Position numbers and translations under genes: made by a program
NCBI GenBank assembly: GCA_019359765.1
Contig: JAHHGU010000015.1
Coordinates: 26,914-90,913, forward strand
DNA: 64,000 nucleotides
Direction: 5' to 3'
Source: Aphanothece sp. CMT-3BRIN-NPC111
GTDB lineage: Bacteria > Cyanobacteriota > Cyanobacteriia > Cyanobacteriales > JAHHGU01
Shown: in pieces, positions 17,269 through 27,689 of the stretch
How the letters are laid out: every line of letters begins with the position of its first letter
Numbering within the stretch: the stretch's first letter is position 1
The notes under the pieces: model-generated
What the model was told of the DNA's origin: nothing
The model's input: the letters and a program-made list of their open reading frames with translations, nothing else
Databases searched by the model: none

Positions 17269-18219
17269 TTAGCTCAAATTAACGAATTGATACAGATTTT
17301 TAAAGAAAGAAGGAATATGATACTTTGTACTATCAGTTTCTTCAGAGTAAAATCGTGCTATTTTTAATATAAGTTGATCCTTAAATGCATCTACAGGTCG
17401 AGTCCACTCATTACTAGGTTGAATTTGATTCCAATATTTTTTAGCTTTTCTAATAGTTAGTAGAGCAAAAACTAACTCTTCCTTTTTTGTTATATCATGG
17501 CTATTTTGAAACTGAGATATCCAAGTATCTTTGAGTGTAACTATATCAGTAAAGTCTAATTCAGTACAATAACAAATACGATTACATACTCTTTGAAAAT
17601 GTTTTTGCAAATCAATGTCGCTGGTAGTCTCATCAGCAATATCAAGGTGTAAATCCTCAAGCAGAATATTGCTATTATTGTAAACTGCCTGAGTAGGAAA
17701 ATGGTCAAAAATTTCTTGAAGCTTTGGCAATAGAAAATATGCTTCTTTGTGAATTAAGCCTGTTACCCATATTCGGTGCTGTGAAGCATTAACCTCATTT
17801 ACCTTGGCATTTTTATAAAGATGATTAAAAATTGATTCTGTATCAGAAAAAAGATAATCAGAAAGGCTTTTTACTTGAATATCTAAATCTACAATTGCGA
17901 AGAGTTTTCTTGGTTCAAGATAAGAATGACTGCTGTCGGTTTCGTGTAAATCTAATAGAGAGAAATATGTATTCAGTACATCATCTCTATCCCCACAATT
18001 GAAGAATTGTGGGAGAAATTCTTTCCACCAAGTTGGAACACAAGCCTTGTAAAAGTTGGCATCTGGCATACTCTCCATTTTTCCGTATGCCTGGGGAGAA
18101 GGTCTGCCCTGTAAATCAGGAATGTTACCCTCACAAAGTACAACCAGTTTATTGCGGATTCTGCGAGAAGTGAGAATTACTTCGCAGTGTTGCCTTAGCT
18201 GCTCTGGGTTCAGACTCAT
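17269..18219 (-). CDS. DUF4435/Toprim-like protein (OLD-nuclease-type Toprim; AriB-like)
   Basis: The preferred start is the ATG at 18219 (MSLNPEQLRQ...), which overlaps the upstream stop as ATGA. Motifs: KLVVLCEGNIPD (Toprim Glu), CGDRDDV, FAIVDLDIQ (DxD) and GLIHKEAYFL. About 316 aa and AT-rich. Confidence 0.6.
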   Translation of the reverse strand: MSLNPEQLRQHCEVILTSRRIRNKLVVLCEGNIPDLQGRPSPQAYGKMESMPDANFYKACVPTWWKEFLPQFFNCGDRDDVLNTYFSLLDLHETDSSHSYLEPRKLFAIVDLDIQVKSLSDYLFSDTESIFNHLYKNAKVNEVNASQHRIWVTGLIHKEAYFLLPKLQEIFDHFPTQAVYNNSNILLEDLHLDIADETTSDIDLQKHFQRVCNRICYCTELDFTDIVTLKDTWISQFQNSHDITKKEELVFALLTIRKAKKYWNQIQPSNEWTRPVDAFKDQLILKIARFYSEETDSTKYHIPSFFKNLYQFVNLS

Positions 18220-19718
18220 ACTGGCTGTTCTGACTGCTTTAAAAGCTTTGGTTCTAATTCTTTGACATGAGCAGGTGTAAGGGCTTGACACAATTCATAA
18301 GAGTGAGTTGCTAGAATGTATTGATTTGTCGGTGCCCACTGAAGTAAGTCTAAGACAATCCGATACTGCCAATCTGGGTGTAACGCAATCTCAATTTCAT
18401 CCATTAGCACAATCGCATCCTCAACGTTGCGGTACTTTAACCACATATAAATACTTAGTCTCTTTAATTCACCATGACTTAAATCTTCTGGATAAAATTC
18501 AACATTCCCATCATTTATCAATGGTTTGAAAGTTATTTCTGAAAGATTGGGACTTAGATTAATTTGCTTATTAGCTAGTAAAGAATTTAAGTCATTTAGT
18601 AGAGCTTTATAAGCATTACCATACTCTCCGGTCTCTATAGCTTCCTTAAAATCTTTATCCCGAGCGGCTTTAAAAGCATCAATAAGAATATCAACTTCAA
18701 GGAAATCATATGTAAAAAGACCTGGAATGCCAGATCTAGCTTCTTTAAGAAGTGAGTAATAATTATTACTAAAAGCATAACTATCTTGCTTCTTGAATAA
18801 GAGTTTGTTTGTTTCCCTACTTAAAAAAAGAAAGACTTGAGTTGATGGAGCGGCAAGAAAAACTTTGTTTGACAGACTTTCCAAAAATGGGCTTATCTCT
18901 TTTGGTCCTAAATTACTTACTTGGCAGACAAGGGCTTGATTATCACTACTATCGGAATCAGATGAATAATTGCATATGTATATCAAATTTTTTGAGTTTA
19001 AAAAGCTTGTTATTCTATTTATACTAAAAGATAAGGTGACAAGCTCGGAATTAATCCGATCATAAGTCTCTTTCAATTTATTTAATTGTTTTGTAGCTTG
19101 TGCTTGCATGGTTAGTATTAAGGTCATATCAGTTTTCCCTGTTTCTCGATATTTATTAAACTTAGTAAATTGTTCTAATCGATGTGAAAGCTCAGTAAAC
19201 CGAGATCTGTTTTCAGGAGTGACAAAATTTTTTATATCTTCTAAGCCAGAAATAATATTTTCTAATTCAATTCGATCCTTTGCCAAACCAGACACGTTTT
19301 TTCTTATGTTTTCTAGCTCTGGAATCATAGAAAACTTTAGTTTGCTGCCTATGTTGTCATTGCTGTCATGTTCTTTACTTACAGATTCTTCAATTATTAG
19401 TTGCTCAATATAGGAATCTGGGCAACCGAAAAATTCAAGCTCTATTTCTCTGCCCTCATGCAAAATATTAATAATTGCAAGTGATTTGCTGCTACTACCC
19501 TTCAAATGAAAATATTTTAGTATATTTTTTAGAGCAGCTAGCCTATCAGGAGCAAAAGCGCAGTGTAGTAGTACAAAAATTAGCTGCAACAATGTACTTT
19601 TTCCACCACCGTTTTGGCTACCTAAAGGGAAAATTCTAGGAGAAAAGTTTTTTTCAAAGACAATATCAACATCTTTAAGGACTCTAAAATCAGGAACTTG
19701 AATTCTTTGTAAATGCAT
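18216..19718 (-). CDS. ABC/SMC-like ATPase with a coiled-coil insertion (AAA_15/AAA_21-type; AriA-like)
   Basis: N-terminal LQRIQVPDFRVLKDVDIVF; Walker A GSQNGGGKSTLL; about 250 aa of helical insertion; signature LSHGELKRL; Walker B AIVLMDEIEIALHPD; H-loop ILATHS. Confidence 0.75.
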   Translation of the reverse strand: MHLQRIQVPDFRVLKDVDIVFEKNFSPRIFPLGSQNGGGKSTLLQLIFVLLHCAFAPDRLAALKNILKYFHLKGSSSKSLAIINILHEGREIELEFFGCPDSYIEQLIIEESVSKEHDSNDNIGSKLKFSMIPELENIRKNVSGLAKDRIELENIISGLEDIKNFVTPENRSRFTELSHRLEQFTKFNKYRETGKTDMTLILTMQAQATKQLNKLKETYDRINSELVTLSFSINRITSFLNSKNLIYICNYSSDSDSSDNQALVCQVSNLGPKEISPFLESLSNKVFLAAPSTQVFLFLSRETNKLLFKKQDSYAFSNNYYSLLKEARSGIPGLFTYDFLEVDILIDAFKAARDKDFKEAIETGEYGNAYKALLNDLNSLLANKQINLSPNLSEITFKPLINDGNVEFYPEDLSHGELKRLSIYMWLKYRNVEDAIVLMDEIEIALHPDWQYRIVLDLLQWAPTNQYILATHSYELCQALTPAHVKELEPKLLKQSEQPV

Positions 19719-20023
19719 ACAAAATCCTGTTTTCTTAGGAAGGAATCAATCGAAAGTAGTTTCTTGCCGTTAGCTTCGAGGTATAGCGCTTTTATTTTAG
19801 CCCACATAGTTAGGCATTATTAACTGTCTATCCTCTAACCGTTGCTGCAAGCCCAAGCTATAGCGGGTAGTTCTTTTGAGCGTTTATTTTGGACATTCCA
19901 GCAGGAATTTGTCTTGGGTAGCGCTGCTGGCGCTTTTGGGATTAGCGGGTAAATCAACTTCTCCAGCGGCGCTGGGTATTCCTTAGCTAAAAGAATGCTG
20001 CGATTATTAAAATAATTGGTTTA

Positions 20024-20056
20024 TAAAAAAAATAGGCACCGACAAGCAGTGCCTAT
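20024..20056 (-). terminator. Rho-independent terminator of psbK
   Basis: The minus strand reads ataggcac tgcttgtcg gtgcctat followed by tttttttt. It lies 25 nt downstream of the psbK stop. Confidence 0.75.
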
Positions 20057-20080
20057 ACCAGATAATTTGTAATTTTTGGT

Positions 20081-20218
20081 TTAGCGGAACCCAATAGCGG
20101 CCTGCCAAACGAAAGCCAGTAGCAAGAAAAACACAGGAATGACCGGGAGAACGTCTACCAAAGGGTCAAAGATGGAGTAAGCTTCAGGCAACTTCGCCAA
20201 CAGCAGTGCGGCTTCCAT
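20081..20218 (-). CDS. psbK: Photosystem II reaction centre protein K (PsbK precursor)
   Basis: [45 protein letters not shown] (45 aa) is the canonical PsbK sequence. The 79-aa track ORF is an upstream in-frame extension. Confidence 0.93.
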   Translation of the reverse strand: MEAALLLAKLPEAYSIFDPLVDVLPVIPVFFLLLAFVWQAAIGFR

Positions 20219-20264
20219 GTTTAAATCCTCTTTTCCAACACAGTTTTCAGAATTGAGAAGTATC

Positions 20265-21407
20265 TTAACATGACTCGGCTTCCACCTGAGCCGGAGCGGG
20301 TGGCTCCAGCCACTGGGCAAATTCTTTCGTGAAGCGATCGCCCAAAATCGCCTCCCTGATCCGTTGAGTAAAACGAATCAGTTCCGTAACGTTGTGAAGC
20401 GAGATTAAGGTATAGCCGAGAACTTCCTTGCTTCGCACCAGATGACTCAGATAGGCACGGCTAAAAGTCTGGCAGGTATAACAAGGACAAGTGGCGTCGA
20501 GAGAAGTGAAGTCCCGCCGAAACTGGGCGTTTTTCAGGTTCCAGCGTTCCCCCTGCACCAATGCGGCACCGTGACGCCCCAATCGTGTAGGAATCACGCA
20601 GTCAAATAAATCAATGCCAGCGGCGATCGCGCGCGCCATTTCCCGGTAAGTACCGACACCCATTAAGTAGCGGGGTTTCGACGCTGGCAGCAGTGGCGCA
20701 GTCGCTTGGACGATCGCATCAATAAGTTCTGGCTTTTCGCCCACACTCACACCGCCAATGGCATAACCGGGAAGATCTAACGCGACTAAAGACTCAGCAG
20801 CCCAGTGTCGCAACTCCTGGTAAATACCACCTTGGACAATACCAAATAAAGCTTGCTCATCTGGGCGCTGGTGGGCTTCTATACACCGTTCCAGCCAGCG
20901 ATAGGTTCGCTCTGTTGCCGCCAACACCTCTGAACGCTCTGCGGTTGCAGGGGGACACTCATCAAAGGCCATAATCACATCCGCACCCAGAGTGTTTTGA
21001 ATCTGGATCGACAACTCCGGCGTCATGTGGATCAGCCGTCCATCGCGGGGGGATCTAAAAGTGACACCAGTTTCGCTAATAGTTCGGATCTTACTCAAGC
21101 TGAACACTTGGAAGCCACCAGAATCTGTGAGCGTTGGTCCTTTCCAGCCCATAAACCGATGTAGCCCACCAGCCCCGGCGACGATTGCTTCTCCTGGTTG
21201 CAGGTGGAGGTGGTAAGTATTCGCCAGAACCATTTGCGCCCCAGCTGCCTCTAGGTGTGCTGGTGTCAGAGTTCTAACCGTCGCCAGCGTTCCCACGGGC
21301 ATAAAGCGCGGCGTTTCCACTACTCCATGAGGCGTGACAAAAACACCTGCCCGTGCCTGGGTTTGGCTACAGGAGGCTTGAGATTGGAAAGAAAATTTAA
21401 TACTCAA
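20265..21407 (-). CDS. tgt: Queuine tRNA-ribosyltransferase (tRNA-guanine transglycosylase)
   Basis: Motifs [13 protein letters not shown] and TDSGGFQV. Zn site CPCYTC...H. 380 aa, with an apparent TTG start. Confidence 0.93.
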   Translation of the reverse strand: MSIKFSFQSQASCSQTQARAGVFVTPHGVVETPRFMPVGTLATVRTLTPAHLEAAGAQMVLANTYHLHLQPGEAIVAGAGGLHRFMGWKGPTLTDSGGFQVFSLSKIRTISETGVTFRSPRDGRLIHMTPELSIQIQNTLGADVIMAFDECPPATAERSEVLAATERTYRWLERCIEAHQRPDEQALFGIVQGGIYQELRHWAAESLVALDLPGYAIGGVSVGEKPELIDAIVQATAPLLPASKPRYLMGVGTYREMARAIAAGIDLFDCVIPTRLGRHGAALVQGERWNLKNAQFRRDFTSLDATCPCYTCQTFSRAYLSHLVRSKEVLGYTLISLHNVTELIRFTQRIREAILGDRFTKEFAQWLEPPAPAQVEAESC

Positions 21408-21607
21408 GAGGGATGAAATATTCAGTAGGAAGTATGAAATTAGTTATTGGGTAATTGGGCATTTGTCAAGAGGAAATGGACAAATGGCTAAGGATTGCTT
21501 TATCCTTTCCTGGAACCTTCAACTTATTTCAGCCTACCCAACAACTGTAGGCTACGCCATACTTGCAAAACACTTCATCCCTTCTTTAAGCCTTGCTCCT
21601 GGTTACT

Positions 21608-22057
21608 TTAAAAGCAGAAATCACCGTCGTCGATTTGGACATCCCACTTGGCTGAGAGGACTTGCGTAACCATTGCTTCTAGGGCAGCAGCATTGATGTG
21701 GCGCGTACCTTCATCTTGCAGGGGGTTCGACAGGGGGATTAGCCGCAACTGGCGATTGTCATGAATCAGATCGAAGTAGGTTTCTTGTTCTAGAGATTGG
21801 GTTAGTTGCAGGTAATCAAAACTTTCGACGTTGAGATAAAGGGAATGGTTGGCAATCAGCGTGGCTCTTTGCAGGTCGGCAAACACCTCTAATAGGCACC
21901 CTTCTCCCTGGCTCTGCAATTGGCCATCAAGGGTGTGGATGTAGCGAACCCGCCCTAAATCAGCTAGCAGGCGTCGTATGTCTTGCTTGTTGACAATGAT
22001 GCCAGTGTCAATGATGCAGGGAGCTGGTAGTCGAGGCGGAGATTGATCGTGACTCAT
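21608..22057 (-). CDS. Hypothetical protein (149 aa)
   Basis: Clean ORF with typical local composition. No recognised motif. Confidence 0.5.
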   Translation of the reverse strand: MSHDQSPPRLPAPCIIDTGIIVNKQDIRRLLADLGRVRYIHTLDGQLQSQGEGCLLEVFADLQRATLIANHSLYLNVESFDYLQLTQSLEQETYFDLIHDNRQLRLIPLSNPLQDEGTRHINAAALEAMVTQVLSAKWDVQIDDGDFCF

Positions 22058-22277
22058 GGAATAAACAGCCTTTGGTTTAAAGGGGCCTTATCTTGCCTGG
22101 TCGCTGGGTGGAGATCCAAGTGAGGTCAGACCCTCCATGTGAGCAACTCCACAAGTGCGACACACCCAGTAAATTATTTTGGGAAACAGCAAAACATTTG
22201 GATACGAGTCAATCTTAGCCCAAGATTTATCAGCTGTTCCTGCGGTAATATACTGAACTTTTTGGTGGAAATCCCCA

Positions 22278-23051
22278 ATGAAGTGGTTCAGAGATCAACT
22301 ATTAGCCTCATGGGGGCGTCCTTTGGCGGCAGCTATTGCCTTCTACACCTGTTTGCCGATTCCCTCTAGCTGGGCGTTAGAGTTTTGGGGTGTGGCTCGT
22401 TGGGCACCGACAGTGGGGCTGTTGATTGGGGGATTACTGGGCTTAGGGGATATGGGCCTGCAATATCTGGGTATACCCGTGCTGACTCGGTCGGCTCTAG
22501 TAGTCGTTTCTTGGATTGCCCTTACCGGGGGACTGCACTTGGATGGGGTTATGGATACTGCGGATGGACTGGCTGTGCAGGACCCTTCCCGGCGTTTGCA
22601 GGTGATGGTGGATAGTGCCACGGGGGCATTTGGGGCAATGGCCGCGATCGCACTGTTACTATTGAAAACGTCTGCCCTAAGCGATTTAGATGACCACCGA
22701 TGGTTAGCCTTGATGGCAGCCGCTGGGTGGGGACGCTGGGGGCAGGTGGTCGCGATCGCTTATTATCCCTATCTCAAACCCACAGGCAAAGGCGCGTTCC
22801 ACAAACAGGCGGTTCGCACGCAAGATATTTTCGTGGGATTACTATTGCTATTGGGATTGAGTGGGTTACAGGTATTTTTGAATGCTCACTCATTGCCTAT
22901 GGCGATAGTGACATCAGCCGGGGGATGTGCGATCGCCTTGCTCACTGGTGCTTGGTTTCATCAGCAATTGGGCGGTCACACTGGTGATACCTACGGAGCA
23001 GTTGTAGAGTGGACAGAAGCTCTGTTTTTGTGCCTACTCACCGTCTTTTGA
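22278..23051 (+). CDS. cobS: Adenosylcobinamide-GDP ribazoletransferase (cobalamin synthase)
   Basis: Polytopic 257-aa protein with the motifs [14 protein letters not shown] and [10 protein letters not shown] characteristic of CobS. Confidence 0.88.
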   Translation: MKWFRDQLLASWGRPLAAAIAFYTCLPIPSSWALEFWGVARWAPTVGLLIGGLLGLGDMGLQYLGIPVLTRSALVVVSWIALTGGLHLDGVMDTADGLAVQDPSRRLQVMVDSATGAFGAMAAIALLLLKTSALSDLDDHRWLALMAAAGWGRWGQVVAIAYYPYLKPTGKGAFHKQAVRTQDIFVGLLLLLGLSGLQVFLNAHSLPMAIVTSAGGCAIALLTGAWFHQQLGGHTGDTYGAVVEWTEALFLCLLTVF

Positions 23052-23146
23052 GCAAAGTTATGAGCTATGAGCTTTAAATTAAGTATTTCAACTCAAAACT
23101 CAAGTACGGGCACGGCAGTGCCGTGCCCCTACAAAACTCAAAACTC
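23052..23146. repeat. Heptamer (AAAACTC family) repeats with an embedded GC-rich 10-bp palindrome, lying between convergent genes
   Basis: gcaaagttatgagctatgagctttaaattaagtatttcaactcaaaactcaagtac gggcacggca g tgccgtgccc ctacaaaactcaaaactctta. The palindrome is at 23108-23128. Confidence 0.85.
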
Positions 23147-23602
23147 TTAAATCGGCCGCAGCCGTGTCACTTTCATTTTAAAAGCACCACCACTAAGTTC
23201 ACCAAAACCGCGAACGCGAATAATGTACTGACCCGCCTCCTTAATTCGGGCAAACAGAAGTGAGTTGCTGCTGCCATCGGGACCGTCATCGTTTTCTCCT
23301 ATTGTCGAACCGTCAGTTGCCATGAGGGTTACGATTGTGTCAAAACTCTCCGAGGACAGGTCGATGGCTACTTGGTCGCCTGCATTCAACTTCACCGTGT
23401 AGTCGCGGGCAAATCCCCCTTGCCCGGTGGGAATATCTTTTTCCGAGAGCGTATCAGAAACTTCATTACTTGGGGGCAGAAGAATCGGGTTATACACCAT
23501 CCGGTTTTGTGCCCTAGCTGATACCCCACTTACGCCCACAGTAACTAAGGCGGCAAGAACAAGCAGGACAGGGTGAAGTCGAACAGCGAATAGGTGGGTC
23601 AT
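23147..23602 (-). CDS. Secreted protein with a bacterial pre-peptidase C-terminal (PPC)-like domain
   Basis: Signal peptide MTHLFAVRLHPVLLVLAALVTVGVSGVSARA. Body has DYTVKLNAGDQVAIDLSSESFDTIVTLMATDGSTIGENDDGP...GQYIIRV. Confidence 0.6.
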   Translation of the reverse strand: MTHLFAVRLHPVLLVLAALVTVGVSGVSARAQNRMVYNPILLPPSNEVSDTLSEKDIPTGQGGFARDYTVKLNAGDQVAIDLSSESFDTIVTLMATDGSTIGENDDGPDGSSNSLLFARIKEAGQYIIRVRGFGELSGGAFKMKVTRLRPI

Positions 23603-23894
23603 AAAGGGTCGGGTTCATGAAGCTTAAGTGGATTTATTATAGAGGCTGCGGTGGAACCCGCTCCGGCAGAACTTTTCAGGTAATTGTTATCAGGAGCGTG
23701 CTGTTCAAAGGCTATGGTAGCTTGTCCTATTTTGGCTCAGTTGAACTGGCTGACTCTGGCAATGTTCTCAGGGCATAAGTGCGATCGCCTTAGCTCAATT
23801 TAACAATCACCACAGAATAAATCAGAGGTCGCAGGCGTGTTCCTTAACAGTCGGAGAGAATCAGCGCTTTTATGAGTTTGCGGTTAATTGCTAC

Positions 23895-24989
23895 CTAAAT
23901 ATATTGTTGCAGCACTTCAACGGTGGCTTTTCCTGTTTTAGCCCAGCTGAAGTGGCTAGCTCTGGCGATACCGGCTTGACGAAGGCACGATCGCCACTCA
24001 GAAGACTCTGCTATAGTCTGCATGGCTTCGGCAATTTCCCCCACATTATAGGGGTTCACCAATATAGCAGCATCACCAGCAACTTCTGGCAGAGAGGAAA
24101 GGTTAGAAGTAATCACGGGTGTCCCGCAAGCCATCGCTTCTGCGACTGGCAAGCCAAAGCCTTCCCAGAGGCTAGGAAAGACAAGCGCGATCGCTTGATT
24201 TATTATCGTCGGCAGTTGGGCGTATGGCACGTAGTCGAGGAATTTCACCTGATTGGTTAGGCCCAGCTGTTCCACTTGCGCCATCAAAGAGCTGGTATAG
24301 CGCCGGTCAGGTGGCCCTGCTAGCCATAGTTCGTAGTCGTGGCAGCTGGGTAAGGCAGCGAAGGCGTTAACCAGGCGTTGCAGGTTTTTGTAGGGATCAT
24401 GCCTACCTATGTAGAGAAAGTAGTTGCTGGTGGGTAAATTGAGAAAGCGAAAGCGATCGGCATCATATGCCAGAAGAATAGGCGTAATTTTTTCAGATGG
24501 AATATTGAAAAAGTCGATCATATCCTGAGCGGTGGCGGCGGAGTTGCAGATAATATGCTCAGCTTGGGCTACAACTTGGGGTATGTAGTAGCGGAAGTAT
24601 GGTGTCAGGGGTGAAAAGGGTTTGGGAAAGCGCAGGGGGATGAGGTCGTGAACCATCACCACATAGCGGCAGTTTGAAAACAGAGGTGCTTCAGGGATGG
24701 GGGAAAAGAGGAGATGCGATCGCAACTTCTGATAAATTTGCGGTAGATGCCATTGAGTCCAGATCAGGCGGCGGAAGTGGCCTGCGGTTCCTTGCGCTGG
24801 CGTTAAGTTCGCAGGGACTGGGTAGCAGGTATAGTTAGGCTTAACTTGCGAAACCAGTAATGTAGGATTGAGAGGCTGTAGATGTGGAAATAGATTGGCA
24901 GAATAAGTTGTAATGCCGGTTGGTTTAGAAGTTAGAAAAGATAGATTAATTAGCAATTGATTGTCTAGAGAATCATGTATACCTATCAT
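23895..24989 (-). CDS. Glycosyltransferase, GT4 family
   Basis: C-terminal EX7E region [26 protein letters not shown]. The start overlaps the upstream stop as ATGA (24986-24989). Confidence 0.85.
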   Translation of the reverse strand: MIGIHDSLDNQLLINLSFLTSKPTGITTYSANLFPHLQPLNPTLLVSQVKPNYTCYPVPANLTPAQGTAGHFRRLIWTQWHLPQIYQKLRSHLLFSPIPEAPLFSNCRYVVMVHDLIPLRFPKPFSPLTPYFRYYIPQVVAQAEHIICNSAATAQDMIDFFNIPSEKITPILLAYDADRFRFLNLPTSNYFLYIGRHDPYKNLQRLVNAFAALPSCHDYELWLAGPPDRRYTSSLMAQVEQLGLTNQVKFLDYVPYAQLPTIINQAIALVFPSLWEGFGLPVAEAMACGTPVITSNLSSLPEVAGDAAILVNPYNVGEIAEAMQTIAESSEWRSCLRQAGIARASHFSWAKTGKATVEVLQQYI

Positions 24990-26146
24990 GTCATAAGATA
25001 TTTGTAAGCATTAATTGTTTCTTTAGCAGTTCTCTCCCACGAAAAAAGTTTAGCTCTTTCTTTACCTTTATCAATTAATTCCTGGCGAATTGAGGAATCG
25101 CTGATTACTTTCAAAATCGCATCTGCCAGCTGTGTTGGATCGTTGGGGTCAACTAACAGAGCAGCATCTCCTGCTACTTCAGGTAGTGATGAAGTATTGG
25201 AGGTGACAACTGGAGTGCCTAGTGTCATTGCTTCCAATACAGGAAGACCAAACCCTTCATAGTAAGAGGGATAAACAAACACATCAGCTTTTGAATAAAA
25301 GTGGGCAACTAAATTATCACATAAGTAATCTAAGTGATAAATATGCTGTTCCCACATACTACTTTTAATAGCTGTAAATATAGGTTCATAGTGCCATCCT
25401 TTTTTACCAACTAAAACTAATTGATGCTCAATATTATAATCATTTTTTAACAAGTTAAAAGCTTTAATTAAATTAATAATATTTTTTCTTGGCTCTAGCG
25501 TACTTACAAATAATATGTATGGCTTTGAAAAGTCATATACTATATTTAGATCTAATCTACTAGCTATATTGTTATAAATGTAACCCTGATAATAGCGGCT
25601 AGCTAGGGGAGTTACACAAATCCTATTAGGTTCTACTTGGAGATACTCAACTATATCTTTTTTAGAGCTTTCTGAAATTGTAATAACTAAGTCTGTCCAT
25701 TTTAAGGATTGCTGAACTCTTCCTTTATATCTTTTAACACTTGAATTTACATAATTAGGATACTTAATAAAAGTAACATCAGGAATCGTCATAACTTTTA
25801 AGCTTTTCTTACATGGATAAACAGTATAATCATTACCATGAACAATATTGGCATCTTGAAACCCATTTTCAAAAGCAGATAAAATTGGATTAGGGAATCG
25901 AGCTAGTAAGTTAGATATTCTAACAGGAATAGGAAGCATGTAAAGGTTAGAATAACCTTGTATTTTTTCTGGAAGAACTAGCTGACGAGTTAGCCACTTT
26001 TTCAAGCTAGGTTGATAATAAATACCTAGTTGAAAATTTTCAGTTTTTTGTAAAATATGAAGTGATTGAATTAAGTTATAAACATAAAATCCAACACCAG
26101 TTAACTTGGGTAGTAAAGGCGTTGCATCAAATACAACTTTTAACAT
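24986..26146 (-). CDS. Glycosyltransferase, GT4 family (AT-rich)
   Basis: Motif YPSYYEGFGLPVLEAMTLGTPVVTSNTSSLPEV. 386 aa. Confidence 0.85.
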   Translation of the reverse strand: MLKVVFDATPLLPKLTGVGFYVYNLIQSLHILQKTENFQLGIYYQPSLKKWLTRQLVLPEKIQGYSNLYMLPIPVRISNLLARFPNPILSAFENGFQDANIVHGNDYTVYPCKKSLKVMTIPDVTFIKYPNYVNSSVKRYKGRVQQSLKWTDLVITISESSKKDIVEYLQVEPNRICVTPLASRYYQGYIYNNIASRLDLNIVYDFSKPYILFVSTLEPRKNIINLIKAFNLLKNDYNIEHQLVLVGKKGWHYEPIFTAIKSSMWEQHIYHLDYLCDNLVAHFYSKADVFVYPSYYEGFGLPVLEAMTLGTPVVTSNTSSLPEVAGDAALLVDPNDPTQLADAILKVISDSSIRQELIDKGKERAKLFSWERTAKETINAYKYLMT

Positions 26147-26206
26147 AATTAAAACTAAACTCTAAATGCTTAAACTTCTGAATTTAAACTTATACAGCTA
26201 GATACT

Positions 26207-27670
26207 CTAGCGATTGCTTCTGTAATGGTGAATAATTTTTTTTACTTGCTTATGTAATAATTTTCCAAATAGGGGATTAGCATACAGATGATTAACTACA
26301 ATATCTATAAATTTATATCTAGCGCCAACCATATGAGGGTTTATATCTAATTCAAAGTACGGATATTTTAAGGTTTCACATACAGATAAAACATGTTCAA
26401 AAGAATAGCCTTTATTTACAGGCGTACTATCTATGATCTCATTTAAAGCAGGTACAGTCACATTATCTAAATCACACTCTTGCTTCAGTGTCTTTATGGC
26501 ATTCTGGCTAATGTCTGCCAATAATTTTGGATTTTCTAAACACCAAATAAGTTTTTTATAAATTTCAAAAATATCGTTCCTATCCTTAACTAATATAGCA
26601 TTATATTCATTTTTAAGGATTTCACTGTTACCGGCTTTTTCAGTAAGCATAACTGGAACTTGCTTCGACATAGCTTCAAGTGGCGCATAAGCAAATGGCT
26701 CATTATCATTAAGTAGAAAAATAGCAATATCGTATTCAGATATTTTTTGTTGAAGAGATTCTTTATTTAAAAATCCTTTTAAAACAAATACTTTAGCTAA
26801 TTGAGCGTCATTTTTAATTTCTCTATCTAGCCAATCAACAAATAAATCTTCACCTTTACCGTATAATTCTATTTTTATTCTATCTTTATAAGCAGATTTA
26901 GCTATAAGGTTAGCTAATTTAAACAAAATTGCAACTCCTTTTATTTCTGAGAGTTGACCAAAATACAATATTTTTAAATAATTAAGTCTTTTTTCACCAG
27001 ATGATAATGTTGAATCAGATAATATTTGATCTTCATACAAATCCTGATCATTATAAATCCTATCTAATTTAATCCAATTGTAGATTACCTTATTGTAATA
27101 ATATTCTCCGAATATAGTATTTGATTCTAAAATTTTTTGAGAACAGGATACTGCTGTAACTTGAGATTTAAGATGTTTCCATTTAGCTGTCAGATTCACG
27201 CTTTTACTGTAATCCTGGATAACCGCATCAATATGCTCCATTAAATGGATAATAACCTTCGTTTGACATGAAACAATAGTATCAAGGATACCAATTGGGC
27301 CTATTCCCAAAGGATTAAATAACCAAACCAAATCAGGACTTTCAGTTTCAATAAGCCTTCTTAGCGCTATACAATTAGGTTCAATGTATCCGGCAAAAGC
27401 CATTATTTTTTCATAGCAATATATACTATTTGTTTGAAAGTGATGATTGTACTGCTCGTCATAATAGTTGACAGGATTGAATATACGTCTAACATCTATA
27501 TGCTCAGGATGCGGATAGTTTTTGAAAGTCTCGTGGTTTTCAGATGAAGCAACAATAACTGAATGACCTATCTGGCTGTATTTTTGGGCTATTTCTAAGC
27601 AACCAAGTTCATATCCTCCTCTAACGTGAGGGGGAAATATGTTTGATACCAATAGTATTTTCATATTCAT
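26207..27670 (-). CDS. Glycosyltransferase (GT-B fold, GT4-like) with extra C-terminal region (AT-rich)
   Basis: N-terminal KILLVSNIFPPHVRGGYELG. Donor-domain remnant EPFAYAPLEAMSKQVPVMLTEKAGNSE. 487 aa. Confidence 0.7.
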   Translation of the reverse strand: MNMKILLVSNIFPPHVRGGYELGCLEIAQKYSQIGHSVIVASSENHETFKNYPHPEHIDVRRIFNPVNYYDEQYNHHFQTNSIYCYEKIMAFAGYIEPNCIALRRLIETESPDLVWLFNPLGIGPIGILDTIVSCQTKVIIHLMEHIDAVIQDYSKSVNLTAKWKHLKSQVTAVSCSQKILESNTIFGEYYYNKVIYNWIKLDRIYNDQDLYEDQILSDSTLSSGEKRLNYLKILYFGQLSEIKGVAILFKLANLIAKSAYKDRIKIELYGKGEDLFVDWLDREIKNDAQLAKVFVLKGFLNKESLQQKISEYDIAIFLLNDNEPFAYAPLEAMSKQVPVMLTEKAGNSEILKNEYNAILVKDRNDIFEIYKKLIWCLENPKLLADISQNAIKTLKQECDLDNVTVPALNEIIDSTPVNKGYSFEHVLSVCETLKYPYFELDINPHMVGARYKFIDIVVNHLYANPLFGKLLHKQVKKIIHHYRSNR

Positions 27671-27689
27671 AAAATAAATATTTACTCTT

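Noticed and set aside
19622-19807. 61-aa ORF overlapping the 5' end of the island ATPase, considered as a possible third component
   Set aside because: It is out of frame with, and mostly overlaps, the ATPase start. It is low-complexity and AT-driven, with no motif. I keep it only as something to check by conservation.
20081-20320. 79-aa ORF in the track
   Set aside because: Only the last 45 codons (from the ATG at 20218) match PsbK. The upstream 34 codons overlap the tgt 3' end and are an in-frame artefact.
22058-22277. Possible cobalamin riboswitch upstream of cobS
   Set aside because: I saw no B12-box-like sequence or characteristic paired regions by eye.
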